A stretch of DNA of 64,000 nucleotides from Caldilineae bacterium (GCA_037446815.1 JBBIHX010000002.1:7641-71640), one strand, 5' to 3'. Positions 30,351-40,727 are shown, counted from the stretch's first letter. Program-made: numbers and translations. Notes: generated from the letters alone by a model not told the origin.

Positions 30351-30677
30351 ATGGACACGCAAGAGAAGATCGTCGGATTGTGGGAGATTCCCGCGGGACA
30401 GGAGTACGCCGGCCTCCGATTCCATTACAAGGCCGACGGAACCTTTGAGGCCGAGTACCCGCCCATGGGCATCAAGTCCAGCGGGACGTGGACGCTGACG
30501 GGCAACGAACTGGACATGGACCAGACCCAGCACACGCTAGGCTGGGTGGGAATCTTCCGCGCCCTGGTGGACATCGCGGAGGATGGCCAGACCATGAAGG
30601 TGGCCGTCTCAGCCGGGCCCAATCAGCCCCGCCCGACGGACTTCAGCCGCTATCGGCTGTACAAGCGGGTGCAGTAG
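30351..30677 (+). CDS. Hypothetical protein
   Basis: 108 aa. Strong RBS aaggagg. Confidence 0.55.
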   Translation: MDTQEKIVGLWEIPAGQEYAGLRFHYKADGTFEAEYPPMGIKSSGTWTLTGNELDMDQTQHTLGWVGIFRALVDIAEDGQTMKVAVSAGPNQPRPTDFSRYRLYKRVQ

Positions 30678-30690
30678 CCCCAGAACGCGG

Positions 30691-31500
30691 ATGGTAGATG
30701 CTATGCCCAGCATCCAGGTCAATGGCGTAACGCTCCACTACGAGTGGCACGGGCCGGAGGGCGCGCCGGTGGTGGTGCTTTCCAACGGCGTGCTGGCCAA
30801 CACGGCCTCGTGGTTCAACCAAACCCCCGTGCTCAGCAAGTACTTCCGGCTCCTGCTGTACGACTGCCGGGGGCAGGGCCGCTCCGAGCACCCCGCCGGG
30901 CCGTACAGCATGGAGATGCACGCGGACGACTTGGCGGCGCTGCTCCGCGCTCTTGGCGTGGAACAGGCCCACATTGGCGGAATCTCCTACGGCGGCGAAA
31001 TCAGCCTGCTGTTCGCCGCCAAGTATCCGCAGATGACCCGTACCGTCATCGCCATGAGCGCGGTGAGCGAGGTGCGACCCTTCCTGAAGGCCCAGATTGA
31101 CCTGTGGACGGCGGCTGCACAGACCCGCGACCCCGCGCTGTTCTTCCAGGCGACGGTTACCCACAACTTCAGCGCGGGCTTCATCGCAGCAAATCAGGCC
31201 TTCTTGCAGGCGTCGGTCCCGCGCTTCGCCGCGCTGGACATAGACGCGGTGCTGGCGCTGTTTGACGCGTTCCAGCGGCTGAACATCACCGAGCAACTTT
31301 CGTCCATCGCCGCGCCCACGCTGCTCCTGTACGGCGCCGAGGATGCCCTGAAGCCGCCCGCCGTCTACGGCCGCATCATCACCGAGCGGATTCCGCACGC
31401 CGAGTTTCTCACCGTGCCCGGCGCGGGGCATGTGGTCATCTGGGAAAAGCCCGACGCAGTCAACTCGGCGCTACTTGGGTTCTTGCTCAAGCACTCGTAG
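30691..31500 (+). CDS. Alpha/beta hydrolase
   Basis: Nucleophile elbow GISYGG. An alternative start is at 30703. Confidence 0.8.
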   Translation: MVDAMPSIQVNGVTLHYEWHGPEGAPVVVLSNGVLANTASWFNQTPVLSKYFRLLLYDCRGQGRSEHPAGPYSMEMHADDLAALLRALGVEQAHIGGISYGGEISLLFAAKYPQMTRTVIAMSAVSEVRPFLKAQIDLWTAAAQTRDPALFFQATVTHNFSAGFIAANQAFLQASVPRFAALDIDAVLALFDAFQRLNITEQLSSIAAPTLLLYGAEDALKPPAVYGRIITERIPHAEFLTVPGAGHVVIWEKPDAVNSALLGFLLKHS

Positions 31501-31532
31501 CGCGACATGCGCCCCTTGCGCGAGGAGGGATT

Positions 31533-31970
31533 ATGTCAAACGACATCCGAATACGCGACGACTTCCAGATCGGCGAGACGGCATCGTTCTCCAAGACCAT
31601 CACGGAGTCGGACATCTACACCTACGCCGGACTAAGCGGCGATTTCAACCCCGTGCACGTCAACGCCGAGTTCGCCCAGAAGACCCGCTTCAAAGAGCGC
31701 ATCGCCCATGGGATGCTGACGGCAAGCCTCATCTCCGCCGTCCTGGGCATGAAACTGCCCGGGCCTGGCGCTATCTACCTCAGCCAGCAGATGGAGTTTC
31801 TGAAGCCCGTGCGCATCGGCGACACCATCACCGCGACGGCAGAGGTGCAGGCCTACAATCCCGACAAGCGCATCCTGACGCTGCGAACCACGTGCACCAA
31901 CCAGCGCGGCGAGCAAGTCCTGGAAGGGCGCGCAGTGGTCATGATGGACCGCATCCAGGCCCAGTCTTGA
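31533..31970 (+). CDS. MaoC-like (R)-specific enoyl-CoA hydratase (hot-dog fold)
   Basis: Hot-dog motif GDFNPVHVN...AHGML. RBS gaggaggg. Confidence 0.85.
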   Translation: MSNDIRIRDDFQIGETASFSKTITESDIYTYAGLSGDFNPVHVNAEFAQKTRFKERIAHGMLTASLISAVLGMKLPGPGAIYLSQQMEFLKPVRIGDTITATAEVQAYNPDKRILTLRTTCTNQRGEQVLEGRAVVMMDRIQAQS

Positions 31971-32139
31971 TTTCTCGTTCCTGTTGGGAATGCGCTGTCC
32001 TTGCAGTGCAGCCCCAAAGGGCCGATTGCAAAGACGGCGGAAAGGAGGTGAGGCCAGCAGAATCAGAAAACCGTGTAGCGATCCGCAAATCCAACCGAAG
32101 GAAACCGGAACCTTGTATGTTTTGAGGAGGAAAAGAAAG

Positions 32140-33504
32140 ATGAAGCGCCTGTTTGGTATTCTGACAGTCCTGGCTCTGCTGGGCATGGTGTTGTCCGGCT
32201 GCGTGCAGAAGGCCACGCCCACCGCCCCGCCGCCCTACCAGGCCAAGCCCACGCCCACCCCGGAACCCACCGTGCCGCCAACACCCACCGAGGCCCCCAA
32301 ACTCGGCCCCGTGCTGAAGATCGGCCAGATTTCCATGCTCTCGGGCGTCATGGCCCTCTACGGCCAGCAGCAGGTACGCGGGTTTGCGCTGGGTCTGGAG
32401 TACGCATCCGGCGGCAAGAAGGACGAGCAGGGCCGCTGGATCATCGCCAACCGCCCGGTTGAGGTCATCACCCGCGACGACGAAGGCAACCCCGAGAAGG
32501 GCGTGCAACTGGCCCGCGAACTGATTGAGAAGGAAGGCGTGGAGATTCTGCAGGGCCCGGTGTCCTCGGCAGTGGCCGCCGCGCTCACAACCGTTGCCCT
32601 GGAGAACAAGATCATCCTCATGGTTGACCCCGCCGCGTCGGCCTTCATCACGGGCGAGTACTTCAACCCCTACGTCTTCCGCACCAGCCGCACCAGTTTT
32701 GACGATACGCTGGTCATCGCCAAGTACCTTGTGGAGAACGTCGGCAAGACCTTCGCCCACATCGGCGTGGACAACGCCTTTGGTCGCGGCAGCGGTGTGG
32801 CCCTGGCCTACTCGGTCGCCAAGTTCGGCGGTCAGGTCATCGCGGACATCTACGCCCCGCTGAACACGACGGACTTCACGCCGTACATCCAGCAGGCCAT
32901 GGACTCCGGCGCCGAGTGCCTGTTCCTCACGTGGTCGGGCACCGGCTACGTAACGCTGTTTCAGCAGTTGGGCGACCTGGGCGCGCTGGAGAAGATGCGC
33001 GTGGCGACCGGCTTTGGCGACAACGCTTCGTTCGCTGCCGTCTACGGCACCGCCGTGGGCCAAATCGGGCTGAACGTGTACCACTACACCGTGCCCAACA
33101 ACCCGGTCAACGATTGGCTGGTCAAGCGGCATCTGGAAGAGTACAATGAGCCGCCAGACCTGTTCACGGCGGGCGGCATGGCCTCGGCCATCGCTTTGGC
33201 GAAGGCCCTGGAGAAGACCGGCGGAGACACCGGCGGCGACAAGATGATCGCGGCGTTGGAAGGGCTGATGTTTGAAGGCCCGAAGGGCACCTACTACATC
33301 CGCCCCGAAGACCATGTCTGCTTGCAGCCCATGAACATCCTGAAACTAGTGGACATCAACCCGCCCAAGGACGAGAAGGGGCGGCCCACGTATAAGTTCT
33401 TTGAGACGGTCTACGTCTCCAAGTACGACGAACTGGGTGTGCCCTGCACGCTGACCGGTCAGTATGCCGACCGTTGCGGCAACCTGCCGAGAATCGGGCA
33501 GTAA
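32140..33504 (+). CDS. ABC transporter substrate-binding protein, LivK/type-I periplasmic binding family (lipoprotein)
   Basis: Signal + lipobox LSGC, Pro/Thr-rich linker. Confidence 0.8.
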   Translation: MKRLFGILTVLALLGMVLSGCVQKATPTAPPPYQAKPTPTPEPTVPPTPTEAPKLGPVLKIGQISMLSGVMALYGQQQVRGFALGLEYASGGKKDEQGRWIIANRPVEVITRDDEGNPEKGVQLARELIEKEGVEILQGPVSSAVAAALTTVALENKIILMVDPAASAFITGEYFNPYVFRTSRTSFDDTLVIAKYLVENVGKTFAHIGVDNAFGRGSGVALAYSVAKFGGQVIADIYAPLNTTDFTPYIQQAMDSGAECLFLTWSGTGYVTLFQQLGDLGALEKMRVATGFGDNASFAAVYGTAVGQIGLNVYHYTVPNNPVNDWLVKRHLEEYNEPPDLFTAGGMASAIALAKALEKTGGDTGGDKMIAALEGLMFEGPKGTYYIRPEDHVCLQPMNILKLVDINPPKDEKGRPTYKFFETVYVSKYDELGVPCTLTGQYADRCGNLPRIGQ

Positions 33505-33593
33505 CTTCGGCTTCCAAGGGGGGCGCTCCACTGCTGCGCCCCCCTTGCCCCTGCAGTAGCAACGGATGTCGCGCGATTTCCGAGGAGAAGGGA

Positions 33594-34394
33594 ATGGCAA
33601 GTGAGCCGAGAGAGCGTGAAATCATCCTTGAAGCGCGCAACCTGCGCAAGGAGTTCGGCGGCCTGGTAGCCGTAGATGACGTCAGCCTCCAGATAGAGGC
33701 GCGAACGCTGCACTCCATCATCGGCCCCAACGGAGCCGGCAAGACAACCCTGTTCAACCTGTTGAGCGGCACCATGCCCCCAACGCGAGGCTCCGTGTTC
33801 TTCAAGGGGCGAGAGATTACCCATCTGCCCCCGCATCGCATCGCGCACCTGGGCCTTGGCCGCTCGTTTCAGATCACCAACATCTTCCCCAACCTCACGG
33901 TTTTGGAGAACGTGCGGCTGGCCGCCCAGGCCATGGGACGACACAATCTGCGCCTCCTCACCCCCGCCGCCAAATACCGCCAGTACCTGGAACAAGCCCT
34001 GCACATCATCGCGCAGGTAGGACTCCGCGGACGCGAGGCCATGCTGGCCGCCAGCCTCCCCCATGGCGACAAGCGCAAACTGGAACTGGGCATCATGCTG
34101 GCGGGCAACCCCGAGGTGCTCCTCCTGGATGAGCCGACCGCCGGAATGTCATCCGAGCAGGTGCCGGCCCTGCTAGAGATTATTCACGACATCATGAAAT
34201 CGGGGAACCGCACCATTGTCCTCGTGGAGCACCGCATGGACATGGTGATGAGCATCTCGGACCGAATCACCGTCATGCACCAGGGTCGCGTGCTGGCCGA
34301 GGGAACCCCGCGCGAAATCGCTGCCAACGAGGTTGTCCAGAGCGCATACCTGGGCGCGCTGTACGGAGACCTGACTGCTCAGGCGGAGAAGTAG
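33594..34394 (+). CDS. Branched-chain amino acid-type ABC ATPase (LivG-like)
   Basis: Walker A GPNGAGKTT, signature, Walker B LLLDEPTAGM. Confidence 0.85.
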   Translation: MASEPREREIILEARNLRKEFGGLVAVDDVSLQIEARTLHSIIGPNGAGKTTLFNLLSGTMPPTRGSVFFKGREITHLPPHRIAHLGLGRSFQITNIFPNLTVLENVRLAAQAMGRHNLRLLTPAAKYRQYLEQALHIIAQVGLRGREAMLAASLPHGDKRKLELGIMLAGNPEVLLLDEPTAGMSSEQVPALLEIIHDIMKSGNRTIVLVEHRMDMVMSISDRITVMHQGRVLAEGTPREIAANEVVQSAYLGALYGDLTAQAEK

Positions 34395-34395
34395 C

Positions 34396-35124
34396 ATGGA
34401 TGCCATCTTGCGCGTTGAGAACATCCACACGTTTATAGGCCAATTCCATATTCTCCAAGACGTATCCCTTGCCGTGGAACGGGGTAGCATCACGGTTCTC
34501 CTGGGTCGCAACGGCGCGGGCAAGACCACGACCCTCAAGTCCATCCTGGGCCTGACGCCGCCGAGCCAGGGCCGCGTCGTGTTTGACGGCGAGGATATCC
34601 GCGGCAGGCGCGCCTTTGAAATCGCCTCCATGGGCATCGGCTACGTCCCGGAGCACCGCGCCATCTTCCGAGACCTCACCGTGGGCGAGAACCTGCGCAT
34701 CGCAGAGCGAAAGCGCGGCGACCTGGACCGAAAGGCAGATTTCATATTCGGCCTATTCCCGGATTTGAAGCGCCTGTACAGACTCCCGGGGAATCACCTC
34801 TCGGGTGGACAGCAGCAGATGCTGGCCATTGCTCGCGCGCTCGTGCCCGACAACAAACTGCTCCTGATAGACGAACCCAGCAATGGCCTGGCGCCCGTGC
34901 TCATTGAGCAGATGATGGAAGCGATACGCGGCCTGAGCGCAACCACAACGGTGCTCCTGGTGGAACAGAACTTCATCATGGCGAGTCAACTGGGGCAGGC
35001 GTACTACATCCTGGACGACGGGCGCACCGTCCACAGTGGCGCGATGGCCGACCTCGTGAAAGACAAGGCGCTCATCCACCGATACCTGGGCGCGGTTGGG
35101 GAATCAGGCGGAGGTGAACGATGA
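34396..35124 (+). CDS. Branched-chain amino acid-type ABC ATPase (LivF-like)
   Basis: Walker A GRNGAGKTT, LSGGQQQML, LLLIDEPSNGL. It starts 2 nt after the LivG-like stop. Confidence 0.85.
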   Translation: MDAILRVENIHTFIGQFHILQDVSLAVERGSITVLLGRNGAGKTTTLKSILGLTPPSQGRVVFDGEDIRGRRAFEIASMGIGYVPEHRAIFRDLTVGENLRIAERKRGDLDRKADFIFGLFPDLKRLYRLPGNHLSGGQQQMLAIARALVPDNKLLLIDEPSNGLAPVLIEQMMEAIRGLSATTTVLLVEQNFIMASQLGQAYYILDDGRTVHSGAMADLVKDKALIHRYLGAVGESGGGER

Positions 35125-36596
35125 ACCTGAAATCCAGCAAGGTATACCTCATCCTTCTCGTGGGGCTCATCGTTCTCAGCGTCGTTGGCTGGCGCGCCAT
35201 GGGGCAGCAGTCCTTCGTGCGCACGGCGCTGTCGGGCCTGACGCTCGGCGCGCTCTATTTTATGGTCGCCGCCGGCCTCACGATTATCTTCGGCCTGATG
35301 GACGTGCTGAACTTCGCCCACGGGGCGATGTTCATGATCGGCGCATATGCCGGCTGGCAGTTCTACACCAACCCCACCTTCCTGTTCGGCCTGGCGCCGC
35401 TTGCGCTGGCCTTCGCGGCGGGCCTGGCCGCAGCGCCGATGATGCAACCCGCGACGATACGCTGGCCCATCCCACTCCGATGGCAGAAGACGGTGCGCGC
35501 TGCGGCCATCCTCGTGGCGGCTCTCATCGTCGTCATTGCGTTCATCGGGCTTGACGTCCGGGGACTGGCCAAGACCGCCATGGTGGCCACCATGGTGGAC
35601 CCCCTGGCCGAGGCCACGCCCCAGGAACCGCTGGCCGTGTTCTGGCGGCGGGCGGCCCTGTTCCTGCTGGCCGGCCTGCTCGTGGCGCTGGCCCAGGCGC
35701 GGCCCGGCGACCGAACGCAGGTCATCCGCCCCGGCAGCGTTCGGCGCAGCGCCATGGCCGTCGCCGTGCTGCTGGCCTTGACTATCGCCGCCGTCCTGAC
35801 GCGCGAGTCGGCGGCCATTGCGGTGCTCAAGATGAACGGCGACTCGCGGTTCTTCCTATCGCTCATTGCGGGCGCGGCAGTGGGGGCAGCCATCGGAGCG
35901 GCCATTGAGATCGGCCTGGTGCGTCCGCTCTACGTTAGGCCCACATTCCTGATCTTGGCAACCATGGGCCTCTCGTTCGTCCTGCGGGAACTGACCCAGT
36001 TGCTGTGGGATCCGCTACCCTACGCCATGAGTCGCCCGCCGCTCTTCTCGCAGCCGGGCAAGGCGGCCAACATCCTGGAGTGGTTCTCCAAGCATACGCT
36101 GACCGTGGAGATTATGGGGGTAACGTTCCCCAGTTATCGCCTGTTCATCATCGCCCTGGGGCTCATCATGTTTCTCGCGCTCACGCTGGTGATGAACTAC
36201 TCGCGGCTGGGCATGACCATCCGCGCCGGGGTGCAGGACCGCGACATGGTGGAGGCCCTGGGCATCAACGTGCGGCGCGTCTTCACGCTGGTATTCGCCC
36301 TCGGCGCGGGGCTGGCGGCGCTCGGCGGCATCGGCGCGGCGCCTTTCGCGCCGGTGGAGCCGGTCATGGGAGACCGCTTCCAAATGCAGGGATTCATCAC
36401 GGTAGTCATCGGCGGGATGGGCAGTTACAGCGGCGCGGCCATCGGAGCACTGCTGTTGGGCCTTGCGCGCGCCTTTGGCGACTTCCTCGCGCTGAAGTTC
36501 AACCTGACGCCCGCCGTGTCCGAGGCGTCCACGGTGCTCATCATGGCGCTGGTGTTGCTGCTGCGACCCGCGGGATTGTTCGGGAAGAAGGAGTGA
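35121..36596 (+). CDS. ABC permease, LivH-like, unusually long (491 aa) with a ~200-aa internal hydrophobic insertion
   Basis: LivH-type N- and C-terminal blocks. 4-nt overlap with the upstream gene. Confidence 0.75.
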   Translation: MNLKSSKVYLILLVGLIVLSVVGWRAMGQQSFVRTALSGLTLGALYFMVAAGLTIIFGLMDVLNFAHGAMFMIGAYAGWQFYTNPTFLFGLAPLALAFAAGLAAAPMMQPATIRWPIPLRWQKTVRAAAILVAALIVVIAFIGLDVRGLAKTAMVATMVDPLAEATPQEPLAVFWRRAALFLLAGLLVALAQARPGDRTQVIRPGSVRRSAMAVAVLLALTIAAVLTRESAAIAVLKMNGDSRFFLSLIAGAAVGAAIGAAIEIGLVRPLYVRPTFLILATMGLSFVLRELTQLLWDPLPYAMSRPPLFSQPGKAANILEWFSKHTLTVEIMGVTFPSYRLFIIALGLIMFLALTLVMNYSRLGMTIRAGVQDRDMVEALGINVRRVFTLVFALGAGLAALGGIGAAPFAPVEPVMGDRFQMQGFITVVIGGMGSYSGAAIGALLLGLARAFGDFLALKFNLTPAVSEASTVLIMALVLLLRPAGLFGKKE

Positions 36597-36600
36597 GCCC

Positions 36601-37731
36601 ATGCCTACGCAGTCCAATCCACGCAAGCAACCTGCCATCATCGGCTCGGCCCTCCAAAGCCTGCGGCGTTCCTACGGGGGACTTCTGCTGCTGGCCGTCC
36701 TGATTCTGTTCCCGTTCGCCTTCGCCAGCATCACGGGAACGTCGGTGAACGAAGGGCCCGCCAAGTACTGGCAAGGGCAACTCATCACCGTATTCATCAT
36801 GGCCATCTTCGCCATGTCCTACGACCTGCTCCTGGGCTACACCGGCATCCTGACCTTCGGGCATGCGGCGTTCTTCGGCGGCGGGGCGTACACCATGGCG
36901 CTGTTCCTCACCCATGTGGCGCCCGGCCTCATCAAGACGTATCGCATAAGCCTGCCCGGCGGCCTGGATATCACCGAGCCTAGCGTGTTCGCGCTGGCTG
37001 TACTCCTCGCCTTCGGCGTCTCGCTGGCGCTGGGCTTGCTATTCAGCGTCGTGTCCGTGCGCGTCAAGGGCGTGTACTTTGCAATCATCACCCTGGCCAT
37101 GGCCGAGGCCATTCACATCCTCTCCAAGGCGACCGATTTCGTAAAGTGGACGGGGGCCGACGAAGGGCTGCACGGGGTCCCGGTCCCCGCATGGATCAAC
37201 CCCACGCAGTATCGCCTGCGCTTCTACTTCATCGCCCTCGCCTTTACCGTGGTGATGTACTGGTTTGCGCGGCGCGTCGTCCATTCGCCAACGGGCCACG
37301 TATTCGTCGCGATACGCGAGAACGAGAGCCGAGCGCGGATGATCGGCTACAACCCCGCGCTGTTCCGCACGATTGCCTTCGTGGTATCGGCGCTCATCGC
37401 GGGCCTGGCAGGGGCGCTCTTCGCCGTCTGGACGGTGAGCGCAACGCCGTCCATGACCTCCGCCGTTACCACGGTCAACGCGCTCATCATGACCATTCTG
37501 GGGGGCATGGGGACACTCGTAGGCCCGATGATCGGCGCCGCCGTGCTTGAGTTCTTCGGGCAGTTCCTCTACCAGTGGTTCGGCGCGCGATGGCCCCTCG
37601 TGTTCGGCATCATCTTCATCGTGCTGGTCATGTTCCTGCCCTATGGCGTCGTCGGCACGTGGAGGCTGCGGAGCGCCGAATGGAAGCGACGCTGGAGCCT
37701 GCGACGGCAGCGCGCCGCAGCGCAGGAATAG
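36601..37731 (+). CDS. ABC permease, LivM-like
   Basis: Multi-TM protein with a LivM-type conserved region. Confidence 0.75.
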   Translation: MPTQSNPRKQPAIIGSALQSLRRSYGGLLLLAVLILFPFAFASITGTSVNEGPAKYWQGQLITVFIMAIFAMSYDLLLGYTGILTFGHAAFFGGGAYTMALFLTHVAPGLIKTYRISLPGGLDITEPSVFALAVLLAFGVSLALGLLFSVVSVRVKGVYFAIITLAMAEAIHILSKATDFVKWTGADEGLHGVPVPAWINPTQYRLRFYFIALAFTVVMYWFARRVVHSPTGHVFVAIRENESRARMIGYNPALFRTIAFVVSALIAGLAGALFAVWTVSATPSMTSAVTTVNALIMTILGGMGTLVGPMIGAAVLEFFGQFLYQWFGARWPLVFGIIFIVLVMFLPYGVVGTWRLRSAEWKRRWSLRRQRAAAQE

Positions 37732-37872
37732 CGACCCTCGCCCCACCGCGCCGAAACACCCCACACACAGCGGCGGCCCCCGAATGTGATGAATGTCACA
37801 GCATTGGGGGCCGACTTGGACTACAATCACGGCGAACATCGCAGACTCGTAAGGATAACGGAGGAGCGCCGC

Positions 37873-39204
37873 ATGTATTCACAAGCCCGTTTCAATCGGC
37901 TTCTCACCACGCCCGAGGGCCTCGCCTTTGTCGCCCTTGCGTGGGTCGGACTCCTGCTCGCGCTGCTTGCCCTGCTCTCGGGCCCTTCGCAAGCCCTGGG
38001 CCTTGCGCGCTACATCCCCATCACCCTGAACGACGCCGAGCGCGTCGGCCGCATCATCATGCTGTATCACAGCCTGGCCATCCCCTTCCTGGCGTCGCTC
38101 GTGTACCTCACCATCGCCTGGGCGGAGATTCCAGACCGAATCGCGCAAGCCGTCAAGCCCCCCATCACCGCGGGTTTCCTGCTGACCAGCATCGGCGGGC
38201 TGACCTTCGGCTATCTGGGTCGCAACTGGCTGTTTCACAGCGTGTATCTCCTCGGCCTCAGCCTCACGTTCTACGGCGGGGTTCTCTTGGCCGTTGGCCT
38301 GTTCCCGCGCAGGGATAGCCCCCATCGGCTGGCCCCCTGGGCCTTCTGGCTCACAGCCGTAGCCCTGCTGATTTCGGCCATCATCGGCGGCGCCGTCGGG
38401 GCCTTTTTCGGCAACGGGTTCAAGGCCATACTGGCCGAGGACATCATCCGCGAGGAACATGACGTCTTCCAGCGCGGCGTCATCGCCCACTTGCACATCA
38501 TGCTCACCCTGATTGACGTGGCGATTCTGCTGCTGGTCGCGCGCATCACGCCCCTGGGCAGGCGTGCATCGCGCTGGGTATATGGTCTGGCGGTCATCGG
38601 CACCATCATCGTGTCGCTGGCCACGTGGAGCGTCATCATCGGCCCCTTGGAGAAGGTCGCGCACAAGGTCATCAACATCGGTGCGGGATTCCTGCTCCCC
38701 GCGGGCATCATCGTGGCCGCAGTGGGGCTTCGCGCCCTGGCCCGTGAGCGCAGCCTGCTCCGAGACCCGTTCCGCCTCGGCCTCTACGGGTTCCTTATCT
38801 TCGTTAACTTCGTCGTTACCGCCCCTGGCGTCTACGTGGCCATGAACCTGGAGACCTACCGCCTGCCCGCCTATCTGGAGGTAGAGCGCACCATCGCCGT
38901 CGGCCACTGGCACGTGCTGGCGACGCTATCCGCGGCGATGGGATTCCTGCTGATTGGGCATCTGCGCGGGTCGCGGACTCGCGCCGCGCGCTTGGCCGCC
39001 TGGGGCATGATCGCCGGAACATCCGTGGCGCTCGTGTTCATCCTGCCCTACATGTTCCGCCGGCCCGAGACCGTCGTCGCATGGCCCAAGCCGTTCTTTG
39101 AGGCCGGGATCGGCGTGGCGATGCTGTCGCTGGCAGTCTACCTGGTTGCCGAGATGGTCGCCTTCTTCCGCGGGCAGACCAGGGAATCCATGGGAGAGGG
39201 TTAG
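37873..39204 (+). CDS. Hypothetical polytopic membrane protein (~12 TM, His-containing helices)
   Basis: RBS ggagga precedes ATG 37873. It ends 3 nt before the UbiA gene start. Confidence 0.6.
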   Translation: MYSQARFNRLLTTPEGLAFVALAWVGLLLALLALLSGPSQALGLARYIPITLNDAERVGRIIMLYHSLAIPFLASLVYLTIAWAEIPDRIAQAVKPPITAGFLLTSIGGLTFGYLGRNWLFHSVYLLGLSLTFYGGVLLAVGLFPRRDSPHRLAPWAFWLTAVALLISAIIGGAVGAFFGNGFKAILAEDIIREEHDVFQRGVIAHLHIMLTLIDVAILLLVARITPLGRRASRWVYGLAVIGTIIVSLATWSVIIGPLEKVAHKVINIGAGFLLPAGIIVAAVGLRALARERSLLRDPFRLGLYGFLIFVNFVVTAPGVYVAMNLETYRLPAYLEVERTIAVGHWHVLATLSAAMGFLLIGHLRGSRTRAARLAAWGMIAGTSVALVFILPYMFRRPETVVAWPKPFFEAGIGVAMLSLAVYLVAEMVAFFRGQTRESMGEG

Positions 39205-39206
39205 CC

Positions 39207-40112
39207 ATGAACAACCTGCGCGACACGCGGACACTTGCCCTGGCGCCTGCCAGGTCGCTACTCCTGCGCGACCTCTTCGCCCTCACCAAGTTCCGCCAGA
39301 CGCTGCTCCTGCTCATCACCGGCGTCTGTGCCTACGCGCTTACGCTGCCGGGGGCGATTCGCTGGGGAGAACTCGCCCTCGCGACGTTCGCCCTGTTCGC
39401 ATCCATATCGGGCTGCACCGCGCTCAACATGGTCGCCGACCGCGACATAGACGCTGCCATGCGACGCACCACGGGAAGGCCCTTGGCCGCGGGTCGCCTG
39501 TCGCTTTCCGCCGCGATGGCGTTCGGGCTTGCGCTGTCGGTGGCCGGGCTTCTGCTCGCGTGGGCGCTGACGCCGCTATTCGGGCTCATCGTAACGACAG
39601 GCTTCGCCCTGGACTTGGGCGTGTACACGCTGTGGCTCAAGCGCCGAACGCCCATGTCTATCCTAATCGGCGGACTGTCCGGCGGCATGCCCGCCCTGGC
39701 GGGCCGCAGCCTTGCGCTGGGTTCCGTGGACATCGTCGGCGTGCTCCTCGCCATGGCGGTGCTGCTTTGGATTCCCGCCCACATCCTCAGCCTGTCCACG
39801 CGCTACGCCGAGGACTATGCGCGGGCGCGCGTGCCCGTGTGGCCCAATGTTTATGGCCTTCGCGCGACGTACCGTCTGGTCGCCGTGGCGACGGTTCTGA
39901 ACGTCGCGGTGCTGCAACTGGCGGGGGTCTTGCTGGCTTTGGGCGTAGCGGCGCTCCTCGCCTTGGGCGCGCTCGGAAGCGTTCTGCTGGCGTTCGCGCT
40001 CATCGCGTGGGCGCGGCCGTCGGACGCCAACACGTGGCGCCTGTTCAAGTTCGCCTCGGTGTACATGCTCGTGTCGTTTGCAATCCTGACGCTCGGAGCG
40101 ATCCTGCGCTGA
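39207..40112 (+). CDS. UbiA-family prenyltransferase, heme O synthase (CtaB/CyoE)-like
   Basis: Motif NMVADRDIDAAMRRTTGRPLAAGRLS; ~9 TM. Confidence 0.7.
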   Translation: MNNLRDTRTLALAPARSLLLRDLFALTKFRQTLLLLITGVCAYALTLPGAIRWGELALATFALFASISGCTALNMVADRDIDAAMRRTTGRPLAAGRLSLSAAMAFGLALSVAGLLLAWALTPLFGLIVTTGFALDLGVYTLWLKRRTPMSILIGGLSGGMPALAGRSLALGSVDIVGVLLAMAVLLWIPAHILSLSTRYAEDYARARVPVWPNVYGLRATYRLVAVATVLNVAVLQLAGVLLALGVAALLALGALGSVLLAFALIAWARPSDANTWRLFKFASVYMLVSFAILTLGAILR

Positions 40113-40179
40113 ACCCACATCGCCCGCGCCGCCGATTTTGACAACACGGGCATGTTGTATAGAATAAAGCCGTAAGGTT

Positions 40180-40252
40180 GCCGAGGTAGCTCAGTTGGAA
40201 GAGCACATCACTGAAAATGATGGGGTCCCCAGTTCAAATCTGGGCTTCGGCA
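40180..40252 (+). tRNA. tRNA-Phe (anticodon GAA)
   Basis: Cloverleaf folded by hand: acceptor GCCGAGG/CTTCGGC, anticodon loop CTGAAAA, T-arm GGTCC/GGGCT. Confidence 0.85.
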
Positions 40253-40257
40253 CCTGG

Positions 40258-40329
40258 GCGGAAGTGGCTCAGCGGTAGAGCATCTCCTTGCCAAGGAGAG
40301 GGTCGCGGGTTCAAATCCCGTCTTCCGCT
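40258..40329 (+). tRNA. tRNA-Gly (anticodon GCC)
   Basis: Acceptor GCGGAAG/CTTCCGC, anticodon loop TTGCCAA. Confidence 0.85.
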
Positions 40330-40344
40330 CCTTTTATTGTCCAG

Positions 40345-40418
40345 GGCGACGTAGCCAAGTGGCAAGGCAGGGGTCTGCAAAACCCCGATCGCGGGTTCAA
40401 GTCCCGCCGTCGCCTCCA
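40345..40418 (+). tRNA. tRNA-Cys (anticodon GCA), CCA encoded
   Basis: Acceptor GGCGACG/CGTCGCC, anticodon loop CTGCAAA, 3' TCCA. Confidence 0.85.
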
Positions 40419-40480
40419 AAAGGCTGTCATTCCGGTGGCAGCCTTTGTTTTTCGCCCCCAAGCATCCCCAACATGACGAC

Positions 40481-40727
40481 TCGGTTCCAAAGCCCGCCGG
40501 CGCCTGCTGTCATTCTGAGCGGCGAAGCCGCGAAGAGTCTCGCGCCCCCGATTCGCGCAATCCGTAGTATCCGTGGATTCCGTTTCCCCATTCCCGTATT
40601 TCGTGCCATTTGCGGTTACTGCTGTTATTCCGAGCGGCGAAGCCGCGAAGAGTCTCGCCCCTCACCCCAGCCCTCTCCCGAAGGGCGAGGGCGTATCGCC
40701 TTCGGCTCAGCATGACAAGACGCAACC
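40481..40727. repeat. tRNA-adjacent composite repeat: family-A-type terminus (tcggttccaaagcc) followed by two family-B cores (tgtcattctgagcggcgaagccgcgaagagtctcgc; tgttattccgagcggcgaagccgcgaagagtctcgcc) and an inverted partner (gccttcggctcagcatgacaag)
   Basis: Sequence comparison with the elements at 7471-7525 and 25464-25608. ORFs predicted here (40359..40715 etc.) are considered spurious. Confidence 0.65.
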
